A stretch of DNA of 64,000 nucleotides. It comes from the human T2T-CHM13v2.0 reference genome, Homo sapiens. The stretch lies in NCBI RefSeq assembly GCF_009914755.1, contig NC_060941.1; one strand, 5' to 3'. This document shows positions 16,370 through 51,121 of the stretch, piece by piece (within the stretch, counting starts at the first letter, position 1; the number at the start of each line of letters is the position of its first letter). Position numbers and translations under genes: made by a program. The notes below the pieces were generated by a model. It saw only the letters and a program-made list of their open reading frames with translations, did not search any database and was not told where the DNA came from.

Positions 16370-16630
16370 GCTCCGATTGGCTCAGTAGCCTATCTTTGGA
16401 GCGAATCAGCGAGCGGAGAGGGATGAACTTCTCTGACTGGCCAGATCCAGTCACATGCCAACATGTGACGCGTGGAATCTACGCCAGCCACAGCAGAGAG
16501 GTGGGGGTTGTGACCGGAGTTAGATGCCAGCGCAGAAGGGACGTGAGCCCAGCCGAGGTACCGCTGAAGAGGAATCAATTTTGGTATGCAGATAATCACT
16601 GGGCTCATGGGTCTTGCTCTTTACAAAGAG
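16370..16630 (+). promoter_or_regulatory. PRPSAP2: Candidate upstream alternative promoter and non-coding first exon of PRPSAP2
   Basis: Local CpG enrichment, inverted CCAAT (ATTGG 16376-16380), double E-box palindrome 16450-16469, strong donor GAG|GTATGT at 16630/16631. Confidence 0.55.
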
Positions 16631-17205
16631 GTATGTCCCTGTAAAGTTGTCAGGCAAAGGAAATGTTTCAAACGACTCCATTTCACGAAGTCTCACCTAA
16701 TTTACAATTCGTTAGTTGAGATGCTTGTATTCTTCGTTTCTAAAATAAGACGTTGAACCATAAAGACTCTAGCTAGCTCTGCAACCTCTGATGAATATTT
16801 CATGCCTCATTATTGTGAAAAATCCAAAGCAGAATTGGAGAGAAGATGTGGTATAGGGATTAGGTAAGTGAAGACTGGTGCAAAGCCTCCTGGGTCGAAA
16901 TTCTGTCCACTGCTTTGTCATTGGAAAAGTTATTTAACGTCGTCGTCTCAGTTCCCACAACTATTAAAATGGAGAGGATAACAACACCTACCTTATGCTC
17001 TTGTGAGGATTAAATAAGTTACCGTTAATATATGTAAAGCACTTAAAAGAGGACCATGTGTTTGCTATTATTATGTTATACATACAATAAAGAGTAAACA
17101 TTACCTAAGTTATAAAGAACTTAGGCAATGGATACCAAAAGTACTAATTCCTTTATAATAAAAGAAAAAAAGGCGACAAGGCAAATAACGATAATAACTG
17201 ATAAT

Positions 17206-17873
<668 letters not shown>

Positions 17874-18084
17874 GTATTGTCTCATTTAATCCTCACAACA
17901 GTCTTATGGAATGGGTGCTGCTATCTTTGTTTTTCAGATGAGGAAACAAGCTCAGAGGGTTGAAATGACTTGTCCAAGGTTACAGGCCAGTGGAGGCTTG
18001 AACCCAGGTATTTGTAATTCCAAATGTCATACTCTGTCCACATTCATTCCTTGTAACCTGCCTGGGCTGTCACAGTTGGTGTGG

Positions 18085-18760
18085 GGCTAGCAGCTCCCCA
18101 GGGACCAAAACAGGCGCATCCCCGCCCACCGCCCCGCCCATCGTGCCAGCCCGACTCCACCCCTGTGGCTACACCCACTGCCCCGCGCCTTACCCACTGG
18201 TGGGCCACGCCCACAGCCCCCAGCTAGGTGCCTCCGCTGTCCGGGCTCTAGTCCCGCCCTCGCCCCTCCCCGCCCACCGGCCTCGCAGTCACCGCGGACG
18301 CCAATCTTGTGCATGGAGTCGCCATTTTGCTCCTAGAGAGGCCGCCAGGAGACCCGGCGCTTTCTTCCTTCTGCAGCTGAGGCTGCGGCGGGGCCGGGGC
18401 TGGGGTCGGGGCCAGGTAGGCGGGCGGGAGCCAGTGGCGAGCGGCAGCGAGGGCTGGCTGGCTCCGGCATTGCGGGGCGCAGGTGCAAGGGGCGGGGAGC
18501 CCGCGGCGCCGGCAGGCGGACGGGTCGGGGTCCCTGGGTGGTGGCTGCTTGGGGGCTCACTGGGGCGATCTCGCGCCCGCGGCCCTTCCATTTTTCCCTC
18601 CCTTCTTCCTCTCCCGCCAGGGGTCGGCGGGGGCGGGGGACGGGCGTCCGGTGCCTGGGCTCTCTCCTCTCCCTGAGGCGCCGCTGGGGAGTCGAACCCT
18701 GATGATGGGACCTGTGGTGAGCAGCCCTGAAAGCAAGCCCAGACCCAGCCATTCTCCGTC
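18085..18760 (+). promoter_or_regulatory. PRPSAP2: CpG-island promoter of PRPSAP2
   Basis: High GC and CpG density; several CCCGCCC GC boxes (about 18120, 18253, 18267); CCAAT at 18301; YY1-type CGCCATTTT at 18320-18328. Confidence 0.9.
18320..18415 (+). other. PRPSAP2: PRPSAP2 exon 1 (5'UTR; start approximate)
   Basis: Within the CpG island; donor CAG|GTAGGC at 18415/18416. Confidence 0.8.
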
Positions 18761-19867
18761 CCTAAGCTGACACGGAGCCCCTGATTTTAATTTACCTGGC
18801 TTTGCTAGTTACGAATATATCTCTCACCTCCTAAAGGATGATTTTATCCAACTCAGAACTCACCCCAGCAGAGATTGAGGGGGAACCGTGATGAAATTTT
18901 TAAGTATTCTGCTTGATGATAATAATTTTTCTCTTATGTTAATGTTGGCTCCGTTTGGGTGTTTAGCTTTTGAAAGGAGTATGAAAATGCGGAATGGGGC
19001 TTTGGGGCTTGAGGTGTGATCTCTAGTGTTTAAAAAATTTAATTGCACAAATAGAAATAATTCACCCACATTATTGAACCCCACTAAAGCATATCCTTTT
19101 TGTCCATATTCCTTTCCTGCTGCCCTCGTGTGTACCATTATTACTCAGTTGTGATTTGAGCTCGTTCCACTTAAAGTCATTCATAGATACTTTTGCGTCG
19201 TGTTGAATATTTATTGAATTTCTATTCTGTGTTTTACTTAATTACTTTATTATGGAACCTTTACACAGGTCTGGTGTACTTGTTCTTTGAAAAGTCTTAT
19301 GTTGACCACCATCACTGAGCATATAGCTTTTTCCTTATTTCCTTGGGATAATTACCCGAAGTGGAAATACCGAATCAAACTTCTGTTTTCTTTCTTTGGC
19401 ACTATTATATAAATTGTTTTCCAAACAAGGCATGTTTACAATAGACATTTTTCAAAATCTGGGTATTTGTCCTATTTTGCTCTCTGTATGCAGAATTCAG
19501 CGGGGTGCCAAGTCGTTTTCTGTGTGGGTTGAGAGACAGGCTGTGCAGCCCACTGTTGCATAGGACTAACTACTACAAATCATGCTGAGACCGAGCTATT
19601 TTTGCTGCTTAGAGGCTTTGCAGCCTTGAGTAAGTTTCTTCATCTGGAAACCTAGCTTCCCTGTCTAAAATGGGTCTCATTCTAGTGCTTGCTTCACTGG
19701 GTTGTCATAAGCATTGTGAACACTCAGATGTTAGGCATGAGTTAACATTGTGTTGGAGAGATAAGCAGAGCCTGGGATCATACAGGAGTGGAAGAGTAAT
19801 TCGGTTTAGAATTTGCCCTTCAAATTCTCATCAATATTGATATTAAAAACAGATTTCCTTGGAGTGA

Positions 19868-25299
<5,432 letters not shown>

Positions 25300-25623
25300 A
25301 GCACTGATGATTTATAAGCCAGGGACCTTTTTATTTTTGGCCCACTGCCAAAATTTGGGTGTGACCAAAACTGTCATTTGGGTGGTCGCTTAAGTGTCCT
25401 TCAAGGTGATTATCTAGTCAGCCCGTGTTCCACTTGAGGAAAATGAAGATGAGAGGTCAGTTTTAGACATGACACAGGGCAGCTGAAAGGCCGGGAAAGG
25501 TTTTATGGTAAACAAGGATTACAGGAAAAGCTGGGTGTAGATGGGTCATTTATTCTTTGTCTAAGGATTAATCAGTCCTTGTTCTCGCTAATGGCTCTGC
25601 CATTTTTCTGTGTGTTAATCCAG

Positions 25624-25719
25624 GAGGAATTTTGTTGTCAGAGAATAAAAGGAGGTTGTCCATAATTGACTTTAAGCAGCAATCAGTAAAACATTGAGCT
25701 CTTCAGCTCCGCCTTTCTT
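25624..25719 (+). other. PRPSAP2: PRPSAP2 exon 2 (5'UTR, 96 nt)
   Basis: Acceptor tgtgttaatcCAG|GAG (NAGNAG), donor CTT|GTAAGT; contains no ATG. Confidence 0.8.
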
Positions 25720-25988
25720 GTAAGTTTATCATTTCTTCTTAGTGGTTGTGAACATCATGTGATAATGTATTTCCATAAATTTAGGACCCTGAAATCCAAC
25801 TGAACTTTCTGTTTGTCCATATATATCTAATATTTAAAAAATACTATTAGGATGGAAACTAATTTCCTTCAGCTGAAGTCATTTCCTTTAAAAAAAATTC
25901 ATTCAGGTATATTTCATATCATATGGCAGTTTTTAATAAGTATTATATCCTTCTAGGCTCTGAAAATTGGAAAACCAAGAAGGTTTTG

Positions 25989-26107
25989 ATGTTTTGTGTG
26001 ACGCCACCTGAATTAGAAACCAAGATGAACATAACCAAAGGTGGTCTGGTGTTGTTTTCAGCAAACTCGAATTCATCATGTATGGAGCTATCAAAGAAAA
26101 TTGCAGA
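25989..26107 (+). CDS. PRPSAP2: PRPSAP2 exon 3 coding part (exon spans 25957-26107)
   Basis: [39 protein letters not shown](E); acceptor ttctAG|GCT, donor GA|GTGAGT. Confidence 0.96.
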
Positions 26108-26436
26108 GTGAGTTATAATTGTACCATTAAAATCTATATTCATTATGTGATGCTTTAAATTTGATAATCAGATTAGCAGTTATTGTTAAATTTGAAAGCA
26201 GATATTTTATAATTATAAAATAATTATATCTTTTTTTCATCATGTATCTTTTTTTTCATCATGCAAGATGTTCATGTAGTATGTCTCATCTGTATATATT
26301 AAGGGCTATTCTTTTTGTAAACTATCCCATCTCCCTACATATTCTTTCAGCAGACATTTATTGAGTGCCTTATAAGTGCCAGGGATTGTGTTAGATGCTA
26401 TATATATATATAATTATTTGAGTATAAAGCACACTG

Positions 26437-26720
26437 GGGCCAGGCGCGGTGGCTCACGCCTGTAATCCCAGCACTTTGGGAGGCCAAGGCGGGTGTATCA
26501 CGAGGTCAGGAGATTGAGACCATCCTAGTTAACAAGGTGAAACCCCGCGTCTACTAAAAATACAAAAAATTAGTTGGGCGTGGTGGCGGGCACCTGTAGT
26601 CCCAGCTACTTGGGAGGCTGAGGCAGGAGAATCGCTTGAACGCAGGAGGGTTGCAGTGAGCTGAGATTGCACCACTGCACTCCAGCCTGGGCAACAGAAC
26701 GAGACTCTGTCTCAAAAAAA
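26437..26720 (+). mobile_element. Alu (AluSc/Y-like)
   Basis: Full Alu consensus match. Confidence 0.9.
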
Positions 26721-27436
26721 GAACATTAACATGTATATTATATGAAATAACTTATAGCTTATAGTTTAGTATAATTTTAGATATTTATTAAACAAATATT
26801 GTACCCCTACTACTGTGTACTAGACCTTGATCTAGATGTTGGGGATTATCAGTGAGTCAAGATCCATCCTTTTTATGAAATTTACATTTTAGTATGGGAG
26901 CCAAACAGAAATCAAGTCAACAAAACAAACAAGGTAATTTCAGATGATGTCAATGCTATGAAGAAAACTGTGTGAAAGTAATGATGGGGCAGGTTGTTCT
27001 GCTTTAGCATGTGTGCTGAAGTGCTTTTAAACTGAAGGGATGGTGTGTGAGTTGAGAAACCTGAATGAGCCACCAAGTGAAGGTCTGGAGGCAGAACCCC
27101 CCCAAGCAGAGGGGACAGCAGATTCCAAGCCTCTGCAGCATGCAGGAGGAGTTCTTGGTGTGTCTCAGGAACGTGGGCTGGAGTACAGAGTGTCCAAGGA
27201 AGATGGCTAGTGAGGCAGGCAGAGCGGGACTGCATAGTCCTTCCTGGGGAGACATGGGGTTGGGGTGAGGGGCTAGGTAATGGATTGATGTAACAATTTA
27301 ATGTTGACTTTAAATTTTATAAGAAGAATAACTTTATTTTATTTTACTCTTATCGATTTACGAGTCTCCTTAAATAGTAAAGATACTGGGTTTCTTCTAT
27401 TACTTTTTCAGCTTTTTCCCCCTTTCTCTTCTCTAG

Positions 27437-27489
27437 GCGGCTAGGGGTGGAGATGGGCAAAGTGCAGGTTTACCAGGAACCTAACAGAG
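27437..27489 (+). CDS. PRPSAP2: PRPSAP2 exon 4
   Basis: RLGVEMGKVQVYQEPNR; long pyrimidine tract with TAG acceptor; donor G|GTGAGC. Confidence 0.96.
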
Positions 27490-27999
27490 GTGAGCTATCT
27501 TGGGCATGTGGAACATTGACCTTTTTGTGAAATGTGGCATATTGGCTCCGTCCTTCATCCTTTACTATTGAAACGATTTGATTCAGTTGTACATTTCCAT
27601 TAGCAAGAAGTCAGGCAGGCAAGGTAGAACAGAGTGGTTTTTTAGCTCTCACTAATACCAGCTAGATATCTAACCCTGGTGCAAGTCATTTCTGGGGCTT
27701 GAACTGCAGTTCTGAGACTTCATTCAGTAAAAGCTGCAGACATATTTGAACCAGCTGGTCAACTGAATGAACATGAGCTCAACTGTTGCTTAAATTTATG
27801 TCACCTTAGGAAGGATGAGTAAATCCTGTCACCTTAGACAGGATGACTAAATCCTGTGTGACCGCAGTTTTAGTTAGTCTTTATTTGCACCTAAGCTGCC
27901 TTGGGTTAGACTTCATAAAATATTGTTAAGAAATACTTTTTGCTAATTGATACATGTCATTACATAATTCTCCCAAGTTGTAAAAAGAAGTGTTATTTA

Positions 28000-32510
<4,511 letters not shown>

Positions 32511-32737
32511 TTACTTATTTCAAGTCAGAAATGTAATTCTCTCTTAAAGCTGTGTTTTAAAAAGTGATTAATGGCAGTATGTGTATTATCCCTTGTAACA
32601 TCTAAAGCCTACTGAGTCTTATAACAGTTTGAGTTGCCATATTCTATTACATTAGGGAATAATACAGATTTTTTTGTGTATTTTGAAAAATTTGAACTAT
32701 ATGCCTTTCCCTCTCTTCTTTTTCCTTTTCCTGCCAG

Positions 32738-32804
32738 AAACAAGAGTACAAATTCAAGAGTCTGTGAGGGGAAAAGATGTTTTCATCATCCAAACTGTTT
32801 CGAA
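32738..32804 (+). CDS. PRPSAP2: PRPSAP2 exon 5
   Basis: [22 protein letters not shown](K), carrying the PRPS-family ESVRG.DV motif; CAG| acceptor, |GTGAGT donor. Confidence 0.97.
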
Positions 32805-32965
32805 GTGAGTATCCAGCAAAAGTGTTGCTTTCTGGGTTTCAGTTTAGGCATGAGTGTTTAAAATAATGATAGATGGCTAGCCAGGAAGAGTTATAATAGT
32901 CTTAAAATTAGTATATCTTACCAATTTAGAATTTAGAAAACTAAGTTTTCTGACATAACTGCTGA

Positions 32966-36307
<3,342 letters not shown>

Positions 36308-36629
36308 ATGATTTAGTGTTGTCAGATACATCTTATACTTCATTTTACTACAGATTAGTGCTAGCACTAAAAATAAAAGAGAAATTTAAAATTAAGAAAA
36401 TTCCATCCATTAACTGAAGTTTTCCTGTATTTCAAACAAGACTGTCCTTATCTGAGTTCAGTAATGGAAAGCCTTGTTCCTCCACTCTTATCCTTCCCAT
36501 AGAATACTTTTCTGAAAATCTTTTTTTTTCCTAAGTTAATTAACAGGGTGAAAGTCTCTTTTAACTCATCAGATGTCAGACTTGTTGTATAGTGACAGAG
36601 AACCTACTCACCTGAATGTTCTGTGTTTC

Positions 36630-37700
36630 CATTCACTCCTTCTTTCATTAACAAATACTTATTTTGAATGTCTACAATATGTGAATTACAGTTAGTTACA
36701 CGTATGCAGGATGCCTCCATGATTAAAACAGAGAAAGTCCTTGTCCTTGTGGAGTTTATATTCCAGTGGAGGAAGACATAAAGTGAGCATAATAAAGACA
36801 TAGATTATCTAGAAGGTGATGAATGGTTTGGAAAAAAATAAGACAGCATGGTGAGATGATAGTGGTGAGAGGGCAGAGAGAGGCAGACAGGGTAGGCCTC
36901 ATTGTGGAGGTGACATTTGAACAGAGACTAGAGAAGGTGAGGGAGAGTCAGGTGACTAGGTGGGGAGAAAAGCATTGCAGGCAGTGGGAACGCCTAGAGC
37001 AAGCCCCTTAGCGGTGTGAGCTGCTGTGGGAGGACTGAACAGGGTCAGGTGTGGCCAGGCAGGAGGGGAGGGGCAGATCCTCAAGTTTGGACTGGAGTTG
37101 TAAATTTGAGAGTTGCCACCATCTATGAAGCTGTGAAATTAGATGAGAAGCCCAAAGGACGAGAGGGAACAGAAAGAGAGGACACATGAGCAAGTCCTGG
37201 GACGTGAGGCTGGGGAGAAGAGGAACCAGCAAAAGAAACCAAGGGTGGAAGGAGGACACCAGAGAGGGGCATTCTGGAAGCCAAGTGACCGTGGACATGG
37301 CCGCATGGAGGCCACTGATGACCTTTATGAAAACAAAGCTTCACTGGACTATTTGGGAGAGACTGAGAGTAGATAAATTGGAGATAGTGTAAGATGTACA
37401 GCAAAGGGGAGCAGAGGGGAGAGTGGTTATGAGTCGTGTTAATGGAAGTAACAGAATGTTTGTGGCCGATGGGTTATCAGTGGTGGAGGCAGGAGAGGAG
37501 AGAGAATTCCTTACATAGGTGTGCCATTTGGAGGGATTAATTTTAGGGCCACTGGCATGGAAATTTCCTCTGACTGATGACTGAGGGCAGGCCGACTCCT
37601 GGGGCACAGATGCACATAGTGGGAGCTTGTGGACACGCTCCTCTGAGAGTACTTAAGTAGGGTGGTCAGTTGAGAGCAGATGATGGGGGATCTTATGGAG
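36630..37700 (-). mobile_element. LINE-2 remnant
   Basis: Reverse L2 3' end (ttcattaacaaatacttatt) and purine-rich body (gtggaggtgacatttgaacagagac). Confidence 0.65.
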
Positions 37701-37851
37701 GCCTGAGAAAAGAGGAATTTATTGGTTGGTTTTTTTCTGCCTTGCACCTTAGGTTGTATAAAGGCATGAGTAACACACTGCTGACACTTTTTGGAACAGG
37801 GAATACTGTGTTGTAGATCCCTTGATGAGATTTGCTGTGTCTTTGTTACAG

Positions 37852-38024
37852 GGACGTGAACACCACCATCATGGAGCTCCTGATCATGGTGTATGCATGT
37901 AAGACCTCTTGTGCCAAGAGCATCATTGGCGTGATACCCTACTTTCCTTACAGCAAGCAGTGCAAGATGAGAAAAAGAGGCTCCATTGTCTCTAAATTGC
38001 TGGCTTCCATGATGTGCAAAGCTG
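37852..38024 (+). CDS. PRPSAP2: PRPSAP2 exon 6
   Basis: [57 protein letters not shown](G); ttacAG| acceptor, |GTAAGA donor. Confidence 0.97.
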
Positions 38025-38065
38025 GTAAGAATGGCAGATGTTTCACAATTAATTGGGGGCCTGGG

Positions 38066-42690
<4,625 letters not shown>

Positions 42691-42723
42691 TATTTATTGC
42701 TTGTGTCTGCTTTATTTTCAAAG

Positions 42724-42839
42724 GTCTAACTCATCTTATTACTATGGATTTACACCAGAAGGAAATTCAGGGCTTCTTCAATATTCCTGTTGACAATTTA
42801 AGAGCATCTCCCTTCTTATTACAGTATATTCAAGAAGAG
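42724..42839 (+). CDS. PRPSAP2: PRPSAP2 exon 7
   Basis: [39 protein letters not shown], carrying the PRPS DLH..IQGFF signature; AAG| acceptor, |GTGAGC donor. Confidence 0.97.
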
Positions 42840-43548
42840 GTGAGCTAGCTCAAACTTTTTTATTTTAACATTCTGATTAAGGTTGAAAGATGTATTTCCA
42901 TTTCCTTAGGATACCCCTAAAGGATTAAAACTTGATGTATTGTACTTAAAGTACCATTATACTTTATAGCTATAATCCAACGCATTTTAGAATTCTGAAT
43001 CTGCAGTTTGTTTCTTTAGATAAGCTCTTAAAATTGCTTTTTCTTTTGGACCTCAAGTACCTAGAATTGGACTAGATATGATTGTAATGAGTAATTTACT
43101 CTCATTACTAGTCTATGCTTGATCCTGGTTCTGTTTTATGTATCCATCTATCCATCCTGTCTCTCTGTCCATCCAGTTATAATAGCCAGCATCCATGATC
43201 CCACCTCCCAGCAAGAAAACTAGAGTCATCATCATAACTTAGAGCTGCTCATGGGCTCCTTCTCTGTCCTATCCCCCTGCCTCCTTCCACCCTAGGGAAC
43301 CACTGTCCTGAAGCGGTGCTGAATCTGTCAGATGCTTTTTCTGTATCAGTGGAGATGATCATTTTTTTTCCTTCATTCTGTTAATGTGGTTTATTACCAC
43401 CCTTGAATCCTGGGATAAATCAGATGTTTAATTTTAATATAGCTACATTTGTTTTTCTTTGATATGAGTTAGCATTTTTGTGACTTACTATTTAAGAAAG
43501 CTTTTAAAATGTTAATTTATACTGTACTTAGCTATTTTGCTTTTAGCT

Positions 43549-47684
<4,136 letters not shown>

Positions 47685-47996
47685 ATCTTTGGGAATTTTT
47701 TTTAATCTGTTAAGTATTTCATCCCTTCTATTTCTTTTATTATTTTCCTTTGGGAACTATTAGGTCCTGAAAATTTTGGATCTAGTCTCTATAACTTTTA
47801 AAAACTTATTTTACTTTTTGCATACTTATATATAGCATTCTGGGGAAATTCCTTGTCTTGATCTTCCCTGGTTTGTTCTTAAAGTTGTGTTTATTCTGCT
47901 GTTAAGCCAGCCAGCTACTGGGTTTCTTTAGACCATAATAACTTCTTCCCCCTAGATTTATTTTTGGTTCTTTTTCATAATAACTTGTTCTTTCTT

Positions 47997-49360
47997 TTTT
48001 TTTTTTTAATTTATTTTTTTATTGATAATTCTTGGGTGTTTCTCACAGAGGGGGATTTGGCAGGGTCATGGGACAATAGTGGAGGGAAGGTCAGCAGATA
48101 AACAAGTGAACAAAGGTCTCTGGTTTTCCTAGGCAGAGGACCCTGCGGCCTTCCGCAGTGTTTGTGTCCCTGATTACTTGAGATTAGGGATTGGTGATGA
48201 CTCTTAACGAGCATGCTGCCTTCAAGTATCTGTTTAACAAAGCACATCTTGCACCGCCCTTAATCCATTTAACCCTGAGTGGACACAGCACATGTTTCAG
48301 AGAGCACAGGGTTGGGGGTAAGGTCACAGATCAACAGGATCCCAAGGCAGAGGAATTTTTCTTAGTGCAGAACAAAATGAAAAGTCTCCCATGTCTACTT
48401 CTTTCTACACAGACACGGCAACCATCCGATTTCTCAATCTTTTCCCCACCTTTCCCGCCTTTCTATTCCACAAAGCCGCCATTGTCATCCTGGCCCGTTC
48501 TCAATGAGCTGTTGGGCACACCTCCCAGACGGGGTGGTGGCCGGGCAGAGGGGCTCCTCACTTCCCAGTAGGGGCGGCCGGGCAGAGGCGCCCCTCACCT
48601 CCTGGGCGGGGCGGCTGGCCGGGCGGGGGGCTGACCCCCCCACCTCCCTCCCGGACGGGGCGGCTGGCCGGTCGGGGGGCTGACCCCCCACCTCCCTCCC
48701 GGACGGGGCGGCTGGCCAGGCAGAGGGGCTCCTCACTTCCCAGTAGGGGCGGCCGGGCAGAGGCGCCCCTCACCTCCCGGACGGGGCGGCTGGCCGGGCA
48801 GGGGGGCTGACCCCCCCCACCTCCCTCCCGGACGGGGCGGCTGGCCGGGCGGGGGGCTGACCCCCCCACCTCCCTCGCGGACGGGGCGGCTGGCCGGGCA
48901 GAGGGGCTCCTCACTTCCCAGTAGGGGCGGCCGGGCAGAGGCGCCCCTCACCTCCCGGACGGGGCGGCTGGCCGGGCAGGGGGGCTGACCCCCCCCACCT
49001 CCCTCCCGGACGGGGCGGCTGGCCGGGTGGGGGGCTGACCCCCCACCTCCCTCGCGGACGGGGCAGCTGGCCGGGCAGAGGGGCTCCTCACTTCCCAGTA
49101 GGGGCGGCCGGGCAGAGGCGCCCCTCACCTCCCGGACGGGGCGGCTGGCCGGGCAGGGGGGCTGACCCCCCCCACCTCCCTCCCGGACGGGGCGGCTGGC
49201 CGGGCAGGGGGGCTGACCCCCCCCACCTCCCTCCCGGACGGGGCGGCTGGCCGGGCGGGGGGCTGACCCCCCCACCTCCCTCGCGGACGGGGCGGCTGGC
49301 CGGGCAGAGGGGCTCCTCACTTCCCAGTAGGGGTGGCCGGGCAGAGGCGCCCCTCACCTC
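47997..49360 (-). mobile_element. SVA retrotransposon, 5'-truncated within the VNTR (probably SVA_F)
   Basis: Poly-T, then SINE-R (about 48021-48525) and GC-rich VNTR (about 48526-49360); no Alu-like or hexamer domain. TSD AACTTGTTCTTTCTT at 47982-47996 and 49361-49375. Confidence 0.96.
48526..49360. repeat. SVA VNTR (about 35-50 bp GC-rich units)
   Basis: Repeated cccggacggggcggctggccggg and gggctcctcacttcccagtagggg units. Confidence 0.93.
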
Positions 49361-50331
49361 AACTTGTTCTTTCTTGTTGTATATAATTTCCCATTTTAAC
49401 CTCCGTAGAGACAATAGACTTGTTTTTGTTAGAGTCCTTTCTTTTAGGTCCTTTAATTGTTATTAACTGTTTTCTTGGTTCTGTCTTTTCTTGGCTGGGT
49501 TTGGTAATGTTTGATGATGTTTGATGAGACAAGGAAATACATGAAAAAGTTTAGAAAGACTGCCAGCAAAAATAATGAAAGTGCCCAAATGGAAATATAT
49601 TTTACTGCCTTACTTCCTGAGAGTGTTGGATAAATTAGGCTTTCCTGTAGATACAGCTGAGCCATGTGATTATGCCGGAGGCAACTGTACTAAATTATTC
49701 AAATTAATCATTTTTTGTTCATTTGCTAAGTAGTTATTATTTAGTGCTTGTTGTATGGTAGGCATTGTTTTATACATGTTGCTAGGTGTTATTAACTGCT
49801 CATATTAAAATTCATTGGTGTAATTGTGAGAAAAAAGCAATGAGAATATAGTTAATATATTTTTTTAAAATAGTGCTGGGCCGATTATCCTTTAACAAAT
49901 TGGTTGCTTCAACATGTTATGACTGCGATATGTTAAATAGCCATTTGTTTGGACTGCAGTAATTTGGAATTTGACAGTCAGCTTGTATTCAGATTGAATT
50001 GGATATCCTTGTACTTTGAAATTACATGTAATTAGGATTCTTGTTGACGAGATATATAGAAACATCTTTACACTGCATCATTAGTATTTGCTGGCAGAGA
50101 TAAGAGCTAATCACCAATTATCCCTACTTTTTTCCTAAAAGAAGTCTGTGTGGCTCACAAGTTAGTAATATTTTTTCATAGGCAGGTTCCTTTCTTCATT
50201 TTCCAAAGGAGAATTTTACTTTGAACTTTTTCTTTTTTTGGAAAACTTTCAACTAGCCAAGCATTTTTGGGTCTGTTGGAATTTTCCTTTTTGTTGACAT
50301 GCAGTAATACCTGACTTCTTGTCTGTCACAG

Positions 50332-50387
50332 ATCCCAGATTACAGGAATGCAGTAATCGTGGCCAAGTCTCCAGCCTCGGCGAAGAG
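50332..50387 (+). CDS. PRPSAP2: PRPSAP2 exon 8
   Basis: IPDYRNAVIVAKSPASAK(R); cacAG| acceptor, AG|GTAGGT donor; phase consistent with exon 7. Confidence 0.95.
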
Positions 50388-50598
50388 GTAGGTGGGAATC
50401 TCACAACCTCTTTCTGGATCTACTTCTAAGGATTGTATCCGTGATGAGTTCCAGGCATTCTAATTTGAACTTCAGTGGTTCCCAGCGATATCTCTTATTT
50501 TTCTTCCATGGACTGGTATTTTAAGATTGTTCTGTCAACTCCATTTATTAAGTAAACATTTTAATTTCCTCTCTTTTTTTTCCAATCCCACTCTATGA

Positions 50599-51121
<523 letters not shown>

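Noticed and set aside
15970-16644. Cluster of 72-121 aa ORFs upstream of the promoter
   Set aside because: They overlap an L2 remnant and a GC-rich promoter-like patch; no coding homology.
18087-18770. Overlapping ORFs of 75-177 aa on both strands
   Set aside because: Expected in a GC-rich CpG island; low-complexity composition and no recognisable homology.
48526-49360. Regularly spaced repeats resembling a CRISPR-like array
   Set aside because: No unique spacers; it is the standard SVA VNTR in a eukaryotic intron.
48011-49414. Long Pro/Gly/Arg-rich ORFs (up to 195 aa)
   Set aside because: Artefacts of the stop-poor SVA VNTR and SINE-R.
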